NCBI GenBank assembly: GCA_035291665.1
Contig: DATDRP010000004.1
Location: 22,272 to 86,271 of the forward strand
Direction of reading: 5' to 3'
DNA from: Patescibacteria group bacterium
GTDB lineage: Bacteria > Patescibacteriota > Microgenomatia > UBA8517
DNA: 64,000 bases
How positions within the stretch are numbered: position 1 is the first letter of the stretch; each line of letters opens with the position of its first letter. The notes beneath the pieces were generated by a model, which was not told where the DNA came from, made no database searches, and saw only the letters and a program-made list of their open reading frames with translations. This document shows positions 28,059 through 37,291 of the stretch, piece after piece. The position numbers were made by a program, and so were the translations under genes.

Positions 28059-30686
28059 TTATTTCCCGTAATTCCCGAACCAGATGATGTAATCAGCTCC
28101 GTTAACTATGGTATCTCCATTAAAATCTCCTGCTGATGGACCTTGGCTGGTTGATTTTTTATAGTTATTAAACCAGATCAAGTAATCGGCTCCGTTTACT
28201 TTTCCGTCGCCATTTGCATCCCCCGGTTTTGAAGTCGCCGTCGGGGTGGCTGTCGGTATGATCGTCGGTATGGGAGTAGATATTCCGGTTGGGAAGGCCG
28301 TTGGTATAGGTGTGGATGTTGGTACGGGACTTCCGGTGTGGACTGCTTTGATGGCAATATCTTTATTAAGACCGCTTACGGGTATGGACAATGTACCTCC
28401 AGACGAGATTACACTGGTTGTAACTGCACCGGTATAAGTATTCCAGTACTCAATATTATATGTTCCCGCCTGAAGGTTCGGGATAGAAACGGTCGGATTG
28501 ATCGTCCCTGGTGTACCGGTATTTGACCAAATATAATCCCGATGCTGTACCCAAAGATATGCCCGGTAGCGGTCTCCGCTCACCAGTGCAAAGGCGCGGG
28601 TTTTACCTCCGGTATCGTTTTGGACAGAAAGCGTAGTACCGGTGTATCCGGATGGGGTGTCGGCCGCAGTCATGACGGAGGTGAAATTACTGGTTGAAAA
28701 ACTGATATTCTGAAAGAAATTTTTCATTACAAGTTTTTCCTGATTTACTAAATTTGAATATGAGCTGTCGTTTTGATTGTCATACCAGAATATGGGAGTG
28801 GTAGCCATTGGTGAGAACAGTCCGGTCCAGGCTCCATTATGATGTGCCCGGTGGGCACCCTCTCCGGTGGTTCCCTGCGGATTTGGCTGGTTCCATTCCG
28901 TCGTTCCCACACCGATTTCACCCCAGACAAACGGGCGGGGAGCCGATCCGGGTGTCCAATCGGTGCTGTCGCCGATACCCAAACCGTCGCAGTAATATTT
29001 ACCATACTGTCGGCCGTAGAGACACCAGGCAAAACGATGCACGAAGTTGACTTCATCGTTAGTAAGAGCGGAAGAGTAGCGGCTGATCATCATATAATCA
29101 TGGTAATTGGTGAGGTTGAATGCAGGGGAGGACCAGAATGCCGGACTGAATGCCTGAGATCCCTGGGAAGTGGTGCGCATGTGCTGGTAAATATCGGTTT
29201 GCTTCTGATAATCAGCATACTGTTGGAAGAAATTAAATATTGATGTATTTGGAAGAACATGGCCAAGCTCATTATGGTTTTCCCAGGCAAGAATTGATGT
29301 TGCGTATCCCCACCGGGCCACACGGTAACGGAAATTCCGCTGCCAGCTTTTCAGTACCCACGGTTGCGACCAGTCCCAGGAATCAGGCGATTCAGGGTTA
29401 CCCGGCCAGGTAAACCAGGGACCCGAGCAGGAACAAAGCTGGATATAGACACTATTGGTTACTCCTGCGTCGATATACTGATCTTGCAGCCAGCATTCTT
29501 CCGGATTGAAGTAATTACCTAACGGACGGGGTAGCGTTGTATTCGAATTCGGATCGTTATTGACATTATCCTTGGCGAAATGCCGTTCCATATCACCGTC
29601 TGTTACTATCGAATAAAGGATGTTTCCCTGCGCGTCTACCGGTCCGAATTCAACATCATCAACATAACCACTACCTTGGAAGTAGACTACTAGATCCGAT
29701 GAAGGAGTATATGTGCGTTCTGAAAGGGTATAACTGGTGGAGTTGGCGTCGATCTGGGTGCCGGAGATTACGCTTCCCGGAAGCACCCCATTCAGTGACC
29801 TGAGGGATACGGTGACAGTGCCTTTGGTCCAGACTTTTAATTTATGGGAGCGGTTGGGTTCGGTGACAGCTAAACGTTGATACCAGGCTGTTCCGGGTTG
29901 AGCTGCCCTCATACCGGAATGGGTATTAGTATTGATTGTTACTCCGACGGCAGCCCCGTCTGTCGTGGAAGCATTAATCCAGGTTGTATGAGCGCCTTCG
30001 ACCCCCAGTGAAAAATCATTCTGGTCCCAAATCCGGATCAAATTAATTCCGTACTGCTTATCCTGAACAAATCTGCTTTCGTAGTTATCTCCCCAGGGAT
30101 ACCCGCGGGAAAGGGGGACATATGACGAGCCGTTGTCAAACACCATGTACCGGGGATCCTGTGGATTAGGCTTTATAAATCCCGGATTGGAATTGTCGGC
30201 TGTGATGCTGAAAGTTTGGGCAGAGGTTTGGGTCTTACCTTCTTTATCTTCAGCACTGACAGTATAAGAATAAGTTCCGACCTCCGACCAGGTGAACCGT
30301 CCTTTCCACACGGGAAGACCGGACTTACCCATAACATTTCTGCTTCCGACAATGTGCCGGGTGTAATCCTGGTAAAAGAATGCCGGAAGTACAAGCTGTT
30401 TACCGCTGGGTGTAGTGATGTTGATATTAACGGTTACTCCATCCACACCAAACCATGTCATACGCGACGGGTTTGCTGCCTGGGTGTCAGACGGATCGTA
30501 GAAATAATAAGGATTGGGGTACGTTTTGGATAGATTAAATGAGAATTCGATTTTCTGATATTTTTTAACCGATGCTGACGAAGGAGAAACCGTAACAGGT
30601 CCGGTAACCTGCGGGGCGGCTGCCTTTACCGGTACAGAAGAAATAGCAAGAAATAAAAAAATTAGAATAGCTTTTTTATATAGCAT
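28059..30686 (-). CDS. secreted putative glycoside hydrolase (N-terminal beta-sandwich plus TIM-barrel-like domain) with C-terminal dockerin-like module
   Basis: Signal peptide. An internal segment LAWENHNELGH is reminiscent of a clan GH-A catalytic NE motif, but the family is unassigned. The C-terminal linker and dockerin are nearly identical to those of the 26104 gene. Confidence 0.55.
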   Translation of the reverse strand: MLYKKAILIFLFLAISSVPVKAAAPQVTGPVTVSPSSASVKKYQKIEFSFNLSKTYPNPYYFYDPSDTQAANPSRMTWFGVDGVTVNINITTPSGKQLVLPAFFYQDYTRHIVGSRNVMGKSGLPVWKGRFTWSEVGTYSYTVSAEDKEGKTQTSAQTFSITADNSNPGFIKPNPQDPRYMVFDNGSSYVPLSRGYPWGDNYESRFVQDKQYGINLIRIWDQNDFSLGVEGAHTTWINASTTDGAAVGVTINTNTHSGMRAAQPGTAWYQRLAVTEPNRSHKLKVWTKGTVTVSLRSLNGVLPGSVISGTQIDANSTSYTLSERTYTPSSDLVVYFQGSGYVDDVEFGPVDAQGNILYSIVTDGDMERHFAKDNVNNDPNSNTTLPRPLGNYFNPEECWLQDQYIDAGVTNSVYIQLCSCSGPWFTWPGNPESPDSWDWSQPWVLKSWQRNFRYRVARWGYATSILAWENHNELGHVLPNTSIFNFFQQYADYQKQTDIYQHMRTTSQGSQAFSPAFWSSPAFNLTNYHDYMMISRYSSALTNDEVNFVHRFAWCLYGRQYGKYYCDGLGIGDSTDWTPGSAPRPFVWGEIGVGTTEWNQPNPQGTTGEGAHRAHHNGAWTGLFSPMATTPIFWYDNQNDSSYSNLVNQEKLVMKNFFQNISFSTSNFTSVMTAADTPSGYTGTTLSVQNDTGGKTRAFALVSGDRYRAYLWVQHRDYIWSNTGTPGTINPTVSIPNLQAGTYNIEYWNTYTGAVTTSVISSGGTLSIPVSGLNKDIAIKAVHTGSPVPTSTPIPTAFPTGISTPIPTIIPTATPTATSKPGDANGDGKVNGADYLIWFNNYKKSTSQGPSAGDFNGDTIVNGADYIIWFGNYGK

Positions 30687-30696
30687 TTATTTTGAT

Positions 30697-33342
30697 TTAT
30701 TTTATAGTAATTTGACTCGGATCGGTGGCGAATATCACCGGATCACCTTGGAAAAATTCCACTTTACCTTCAACCCAAATTGATTGGTGAAGCTGGTAGT
30801 CTTTTTCTATATTTGGGAAGTTGCTTAATTGTTCAACCGGGATTAAAACCTGTAACAACTGACTGTGAGGCTCATCGCAACTAAGGTAATAGTAACGGCT
30901 GCTTTTATGAATATATTTTATTTCGCAAGATGTTTTTATGTTTTGGAATTCGTATCCGATTGCGTAAAAGTAGGCAATAGATTGTGGTGGTCCTGATTCG
31001 ATATCAGCACCCAGCTGAATATTGGAAATCCCTGCAACCTCCGGAGATGATATTGTATTTGTATCAGCTTGAGTTCCTACATCTTTCAGAACAAAAATGG
31101 TGTTATTTATACTTTTGACTATAATATATTTTCCGCTTACCAGAACATATGGATTGATTGTCCAACCCCGCCCGTCAGCGTAAAATCCGTCGGGATAGCT
31201 ACGGTTACCACCTTCTGCACAGAGGTTAGTACACCAATGTGTAGTAGTGTTACAATTGCCGCACTGCTCCGCTGAAACGAATGGAGTATAAGAACCATTA
31301 ATAGGGTTTGTAAAAGTGGCACCGCGACTGTCACTTCTGTCAGTGATTTTCAGCCCTTCCAGTACAGCCAACCAGTGTGAGTGAAAAACCATATCACTGG
31401 AACCGGAAACCATACCCTGTTCATCCGTTTGGATATCAATAAACTTAACAAATCGAGCATCACCTCCGGTATATCCGGTGACAGTAGAATTATCCAAGAC
31501 CATTTCACCCATGGTGGCATCCTCACGGTAATCACACCAACCGCTGGCACAGGTTTGACCATTGCTATAGATTATGTACGCCACCTGCTTACCATTAGAA
31601 AGAGTACGGACAGCTGGTTGGGGACCGGAATAAAGCCAACCATTACCAAAAGCTCCAAATTTAATGGCTGGGGTAAACATTCGGGCACCTGTGTCCAAAC
31701 TCAAAGCGAAGAGGGTTTGATAATTAGGATTCGCATCAAGGGTTTGTTTAATACCGGCGTTTGTGGTCGGCATGGGAGAAGCAAAATACATTGCATTGTA
31801 ACCATGGCGCATTCGCATGAGTACAATTCCTGTATTGTCAGCGATGACAGGCCAGTTATGTCGGAATTCGTAACAGGCGCTACCTTCTCCGTCCGAGCCA
31901 CAATACCAATTGTTTGTTGTTGGTTTTACATTCCATCGGAGGGTACTACTACTATTGTTGATCGCTCTGACTCGTAAATCCGGATCAGTTGCATAAACAA
32001 TCACATCATACCGGGCGGAATATGAAGGCATGGTAACTTGATTAATACCTGAACCGGGGTTATACGGCCACCCGCCACCCGGAGAACTAAGGTTCGCTGT
32101 AGAAAGTTTATGTAATTTTCCATCATTGGCGGTAAAATAAACATAGTTTCCAGCAATTAACGGGGAAGTGGTTAAACTTGCTCCGGCATTAAAACTATTG
32201 AGCGTTGTACCGTTTGATCCGTTTAATTTGTATAATGTATTTCCAGATGCAACAAAAACTGCATCTGTACCCGAATCATATGCTGCCGAACTGTTAAGAC
32301 CTCCAAGACTTTTTGTCCAAATATTTGATCCATTGGTAAGATTCAGTGCGTACAAAGTTCCGTTTCCAGCCGGTACATATACTCGATTATTTCCGACAGT
32401 CGGGTAGACTTGATACTCAGAAACGGAATCTACATCGCTTCTCATCCATTGGTAAGCCCAACTATTTGAAAGGTCAACGGTATTCCATCCGGTTCTCTGA
32501 GCGTTAAAAGCGTGTTGGCTCCATTCGGTGGTGGGATTACTTGGCATCAGAGTCGGGGTTGGACCACTTGGTGTGGGGGTTGGCTGTTGGACTGTCGGAG
32601 TCGGAGGGACAGGTGTATTGGTTGCATTGGGAACAGGCGTATTTGTCGGATTGGGTGTGGGATTGGGTCCTGATGTATTTATGGTAATTCTATCAATGTC
32701 GGGTGCATACCCTGTATTATTAAGGAACCTTATAGTGTTATTTCCGGATGCAAGACTTACCGATATAGCTTTTGATGCAACTGTTGTCCAGCTTCCTGAA
32801 TTGGCGAATGAGTACAAAGCTGCAGCACTGCCGTTTATGCTTATTGACACATCCCGGTTGGGATCGCCGCTAATATAATATACAGTCATCGTGTAGGCAG
32901 CTTGTGAAAGAGAACTAATATTATTAAATTGAAGGTAATTCCCCGAACCTCCACCTATCCAGCCTACAATTTGTCCGCCTGAACATGTTGTACAGCTTCT
33001 TGCAGCAACAGCTCCCGCAAATGTATTTGAAGTTGATTCCGCTTCATATGAGGCAGTTCCTCCACCTATCGGAGTTGGAGTGGGGCCAACCTTACCGTAA
33101 TTATTAAACCAGATGAGGTAATCGGCTCCGTTCACTATGGTGTCACCATTAAAATCACCGGCTGATGCTCCCTGACTGGTTGACTTTTTATAATTGTTAA
33201 ACCAGACAATATAGTCGGCTCCATTTACTTTCCCGTCACCATTAGCATCTCCGGGAAGCGGTGATTGAGCTGCAGCATAATTGGAGCATGTTAAAAATAT
33301 TAAGGAAAATACCAATACAATCTTAAAATAAAGATTTCTCAT
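30697..33342 (-). CDS. secreted PQQ-like beta-propeller protein with N-terminal dockerin-like module
   Basis: Signal peptide, then PGDANGDGKVNGADYIVWFNNYKK...GDFNGDTIVNGADYLIWFNNYGK, a TP linker, PQQ-like repeats (YALNLTNGSNIWT...) and a Cys-rich C-terminal domain (WCDYREDATMGEMVLD). Confidence 0.7.
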   Translation of the reverse strand: MRNLYFKIVLVFSLIFLTCSNYAAAQSPLPGDANGDGKVNGADYIVWFNNYKKSTSQGASAGDFNGDTIVNGADYLIWFNNYGKVGPTPTPIGGGTASYEAESTSNTFAGAVAARSCTTCSGGQIVGWIGGGSGNYLQFNNISSLSQAAYTMTVYYISGDPNRDVSISINGSAAALYSFANSGSWTTVASKAISVSLASGNNTIRFLNNTGYAPDIDRITINTSGPNPTPNPTNTPVPNATNTPVPPTPTVQQPTPTPSGPTPTLMPSNPTTEWSQHAFNAQRTGWNTVDLSNSWAYQWMRSDVDSVSEYQVYPTVGNNRVYVPAGNGTLYALNLTNGSNIWTKSLGGLNSSAAYDSGTDAVFVASGNTLYKLNGSNGTTLNSFNAGASLTTSPLIAGNYVYFTANDGKLHKLSTANLSSPGGGWPYNPGSGINQVTMPSYSARYDVIVYATDPDLRVRAINNSSSTLRWNVKPTTNNWYCGSDGEGSACYEFRHNWPVIADNTGIVLMRMRHGYNAMYFASPMPTTNAGIKQTLDANPNYQTLFALSLDTGARMFTPAIKFGAFGNGWLYSGPQPAVRTLSNGKQVAYIIYSNGQTCASGWCDYREDATMGEMVLDNSTVTGYTGGDARFVKFIDIQTDEQGMVSGSSDMVFHSHWLAVLEGLKITDRSDSRGATFTNPINGSYTPFVSAEQCGNCNTTTHWCTNLCAEGGNRSYPDGFYADGRGWTINPYVLVSGKYIIVKSINNTIFVLKDVGTQADTNTISSPEVAGISNIQLGADIESGPPQSIAYFYAIGYEFQNIKTSCEIKYIHKSSRYYYLSCDEPHSQLLQVLIPVEQLSNFPNIEKDYQLHQSIWVEGKVEFFQGDPVIFATDPSQITIK

Positions 33343-33466
33343 ACTATGTACGGAAGTTTAATATACTTCTTAAGTCTATCTTACGAAGAATTTAATTATC
33401 AAGGACTAATTTGTAATTGGCCACAGAAGCCTGATATAAGAGTATATAAATAGTATTGGAAAGTTA
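33343..33466 (-). promoter_or_regulatory. conserved intergenic promoter region upstream of the 30697..33342 gene (duplicate of 37169..37291)
   Basis: The ~120-bp intergenic sequence is about 90% identical to the region upstream of the paralogous PQQ gene. On the minus strand it contains TTGATA...TATATT-like elements. Confidence 0.35.
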
Positions 33467-34699
33467 TTATTTGTTGTAGTTACTAAACCATACAATATAG
33501 TCAGCTCCGTTAACTATGGTATCTCTATTAAAATCTCCTGCTGATGGACCTTGACTGGTTGATTTTTTATAATTTGCAAACCAGATCAAATAATCCGCTC
33601 CGTTAACTTTCCCGTCACCATTTGCATCTCCGGGTTTGGAAGTCGCCGTTGGGGTGGCTGTCGGTATGATTGTCGGTGTGGGAGTAGGAGTATTGATAAC
33701 TCCGGATGTCGGAGTCGGGGAGGGGGGGCGCACTGTTGGTGTGGGAGACGGATTAACAGAAATTCCCGCGTTGGTCAGAATTTCCGTATCAGAAAAGAGT
33801 GTAAACGTTTGTGCGTATTTGCTGTTCATTGGTTCCATGAAGAGCTTATTTGAAAGCATGCCGTTAAGAACCGTACCCATATGACTGTCACTCATTACAG
33901 CGTTGTGAGGTTCATTATTGAATGAAGTAAGGCTTATTGTTTCGCCGGCAATCGTAAAACTGGTTCCGGCAAGTTGTGTACTTGCCCATTTATTAAAATC
34001 AAATAACGCGAGATTCCGTTGGGAAGCAATTGTTGCTATTCCCTGATTGACTGTATTAATAGCCTGGGTGGCACGTTGGCGTCCGGTTGCATTTGGGTAA
34101 AGCGATTGGATAAGCAAAAACTGCCCGGGATCACCGATGTTGGCAATTATTATTGGTATGTTTTTGGTGTTCAGGATTGTATCAACAGCGGTAGTAATAT
34201 TTGCAAGAATTCCGTTTATTTTTGATTGAATTTGGGCATCAGTCATTGTGCCGTTGTAAATTGGATCGTACGTGGCAACAGCAGGGTTAGGACTGAAATC
34301 ATTTGTTCCGATCCAAATTACTGCATGGGTAACCAATCCTTGTTGTACTTGTGAAGCCAAACCTGTATGTTGTCCCGAAGTAATCATGGATGACGCGTTA
34401 GCGGCAGTTCTTGCCCAATTGTATGCATACCCGCACCGTCTTGGTTCCGAACGGCATCCCCAAGCTCCCGCATTAACACCCCGGTATTTCACCAAAAGCT
34501 CTAACCAATTATAAGTTGTTGCACTATAGCTTCCACCCCGGTTATCATCAGCCCTGTATTCATCGGTATTGCTATCACCCAATATACCCAGCCCGGTAAT
34601 CGGCGCCCCTAATACTTTACCTGTAAAAAAGAGCTGGAAAATGAGTACCAGTAAGAAAATTTTAATTTTTGAGTTTTTCAATTTCAATTTAAGGTTCAT
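33467..34699 (-). CDS. secreted SGNH/GDSL-family hydrolase (esterase/lipase-like) with C-terminal dockerin-like module
   Basis: Signal peptide, a GDSNTD block-I motif (ILGDSNTDEY) and WIGTNDF. C-terminal TPTPT linker and dockerin. Confidence 0.7.
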   Translation of the reverse strand: MNLKLKLKNSKIKIFLLVLIFQLFFTGKVLGAPITGLGILGDSNTDEYRADDNRGGSYSATTYNWLELLVKYRGVNAGAWGCRSEPRRCGYAYNWARTAANASSMITSGQHTGLASQVQQGLVTHAVIWIGTNDFSPNPAVATYDPIYNGTMTDAQIQSKINGILANITTAVDTILNTKNIPIIIANIGDPGQFLLIQSLYPNATGRQRATQAINTVNQGIATIASQRNLALFDFNKWASTQLAGTSFTIAGETISLTSFNNEPHNAVMSDSHMGTVLNGMLSNKLFMEPMNSKYAQTFTLFSDTEILTNAGISVNPSPTPTVRPPSPTPTSGVINTPTPTPTIIPTATPTATSKPGDANGDGKVNGADYLIWFANYKKSTSQGPSAGDFNRDTIVNGADYIVWFSNYNK

Positions 34700-34855
34700 A
34701 TAATTTTCCGCTTAGTAATTTCTTGGTTATTGCTATTATTTATATTACCCTGTTATGGAATATTTTTAAACTGTCTTTAAAAAACCCTTCCTGGGCGGTG
34801 AGTATTTCATAAGTAAAGAGAGCGGCCTTTGAAAACCATAGATATTAAAGTTGGA

Positions 34856-37168
34856 TCATTCGACTATTTCTAACTGCCTTGGATCAGTCAGTATGATTTC
34901 CGGGTCAACGTTTTCGGGCCAATAAAGAGTTATTTTACCTGTTACCTGGACATTTTTACCCTTTAACGTCATTGGATCAAAAGTAAATTTTGACAGGTCT
35001 TGTGCAAAAATCCGAAGCAACAAATATCCGTCATGCGGATCAGTAAATCCAAGGTAAATCGCTTTCGGTAGATTATCTTTCGCTGAAACGATGCGTCCGG
35101 TTATGGTTACAACTTTATTAATATAGTTATCTGCTTCGTCATAAGTTATAACCGGGATTCCAGAATCGCTATTTTGTACTCCCAGGACTGTTTGATCTGA
35201 ACCAGTATCTGTTATCAGATTTTCGCTATCGGCATTTGCTGTTGGGCTGCCGTTTTCAAAAACCATTAAAGCGCCGTCGTTGGTTTTAAGAAGAACCTGA
35301 TTTGCGGATACGATTGTATACGGGCTAGAACCCCCATTTCTGTCGTTCATATACTCGTAAAAACCCGGAGGGTATGATCTTGTATCGCCATATGAATAAA
35401 GACCTTGCGAACAATATCTTGATGATGATAACGTGCAGCTGCTTTGACATACGGGAGGATTCGAGCAGCCCGGGTAATCGCAAGGAGACGTACAGCCGGC
35501 AACCCCGCCGGGACAGGTACATTGTCTCCAGATAACAAACGGTACATTTTCACTTGCAATTGGATTTGTAAATGTTAAACCCAAGTTTGAACTTCTATTC
35601 GTGATTCTAGCTGCAGCGTTAATCAACCAATGTCCATGAAAAATAATATCTTTAGACATCGTCAAATTCATCATCTCGTCGGTTTGGGTGTCCTGATATT
35701 TGATAAACCGTACATCTCCTGCCTGGTAACCGGAAACGGAGCTCGCATCCAAAACCATTTCACCCATTGTTGCATCCTCCCGGCCGTCGCACCATTGTCC
35801 GCTCGGCGGCGGGCAATTGCCGGGCGTAGAACAGCCTCCGCAGGTTAAAGCATTCCGCCAGATGATATAAACTACTTCTTTCCCGTCGCTCGTGATTGCA
35901 ACTACCGGCTTCGGGCCTAGCGATAAACTGCCTCCATCACCCGAGCCTCCGTTGCCAACTGCAGGCGGTACGTACGATGTTGCATCGCTCCAGCTTGTTG
36001 TTTTGCCTGAAACTGGCCATGCCGGAAGCCCGCTATCCAGATTTATGGCAAATAATGCTTGATCACCGGGTTTACCCTGAAGGTAACTTTTAATCTCACT
36101 ATTAGTATTGGGAAACATCTTATCCGTCCAAGTTGTCCATGGCAAGCGATACCGGACAAAGACTATGCCGTGGTTTTCAGCCACCACAGGCCAACTGTTG
36201 TTAAATTCTATTGATCCGGCAGAGTAAGTATTGATGGTAGGTTTAACTTTCCAAACCTGCGCCCCTGTTACTGCATTCACAGCATGTACATACAAATCCT
36301 GTGAATTGGCAATCAACAAATTCCGAGATGTTGAATAAGCTGGAGCGGTTACCAAAGTGTTGCCGGAATTATATGACCATACTTGCGTCATGTTGTCGGT
36401 ATTTACGGAAATTAAATTGGTAACAGCGGATAAATAAATTCTGTTATTAACAAGAAGGGGAGCGTAATTCAAAGCCTTCCCTGAGTTGAAAGTTCCGGTG
36501 ATTGCCCCGGTCGAGGCGTTGATTTTGTATAAATTGCCATTTGTTGAGGCAACATAAAGAAGCTCATTATTATAAACCGGCGAGGAATTCAGAGCTCCAA
36601 GTGCTGTATTCGACCACATAACGTTTCCGTTCGTTTTGTTCAAAGCATAAACTCCACCTTCTGAAACCATATAAATTCTACTTCCGCCGGTTATCGGTTG
36701 GACCAATCCCGGGACGCTCAAATGTCCTGTCTGAGTTTTTGCATCACTACCAGACCCGTTCCATTGCCAAATATGTTTCCAAGGTAAAGCTACAGTTTGG
36801 GTGGTAAAATTTGTCCTTTGTACGTCGTGTCCGAATTGAGTCCACTCACTTATTGTTGCCGGAACCGGAGTAGGTGTTGGTCCGGATGGTGTTGGAGTGG
36901 GCGAGATCCGTCCGTAATTATTAAACCAGATGAGGTAATCGGCTCCGTTTACCATGGTATCCCCATTAAAATCACCGGCTAGTGCGCCCTGACTAGTCGA
37001 CTTTTTATAGTTATTAAACCAGACCAAATAATCAGCTCCGTTTACTTTCCCGTCACCATTTGCATCTCCGGGTAGGGAAGATTGAGCTAATGCATAATTG
37101 GAACACGAAAGTAATAGTATTGAGGATATCAGTATCGTTTTAAGATGTAGATTACTAATCTTTTTCAT
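34856..37168 (-). CDS. secreted PQQ-like beta-propeller protein with N-terminal dockerin-like module (paralog of 30697..33342)
   Basis: Same architecture as its paralog, and they share WCDGREDATMGEMVLD and N-terminal dockerin sequences. Confidence 0.7.
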   Translation of the reverse strand: MKKISNLHLKTILISSILLLSCSNYALAQSSLPGDANGDGKVNGADYLVWFNNYKKSTSQGALAGDFNGDTMVNGADYLIWFNNYGRISPTPTPSGPTPTPVPATISEWTQFGHDVQRTNFTTQTVALPWKHIWQWNGSGSDAKTQTGHLSVPGLVQPITGGSRIYMVSEGGVYALNKTNGNVMWSNTALGALNSSPVYNNELLYVASTNGNLYKINASTGAITGTFNSGKALNYAPLLVNNRIYLSAVTNLISVNTDNMTQVWSYNSGNTLVTAPAYSTSRNLLIANSQDLYVHAVNAVTGAQVWKVKPTINTYSAGSIEFNNSWPVVAENHGIVFVRYRLPWTTWTDKMFPNTNSEIKSYLQGKPGDQALFAINLDSGLPAWPVSGKTTSWSDATSYVPPAVGNGGSGDGGSLSLGPKPVVAITSDGKEVVYIIWRNALTCGGCSTPGNCPPPSGQWCDGREDATMGEMVLDASSVSGYQAGDVRFIKYQDTQTDEMMNLTMSKDIIFHGHWLINAAARITNRSSNLGLTFTNPIASENVPFVIWRQCTCPGGVAGCTSPCDYPGCSNPPVCQSSCTLSSSRYCSQGLYSYGDTRSYPPGFYEYMNDRNGGSSPYTIVSANQVLLKTNDGALMVFENGSPTANADSENLITDTGSDQTVLGVQNSDSGIPVITYDEADNYINKVVTITGRIVSAKDNLPKAIYLGFTDPHDGYLLLRIFAQDLSKFTFDPMTLKGKNVQVTGKITLYWPENVDPEIILTDPRQLEIVE

Positions 37169-37291
37169 ACTATATACGGAAGTTTTGTATAATTGTTAAG
37201 TCTATCTTACGAAGAATTTGATTATCAAGGACTAATTTGAGTTTAGCCACCAGCAAACGATATACATATATATAGTAGTATGGTAAAGGTA
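37169..37291 (-). promoter_or_regulatory. conserved intergenic promoter region upstream of the 34856..37168 gene (duplicate of 33343..33466)
   Basis: See the 33343..33466 entry. Confidence 0.35.
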
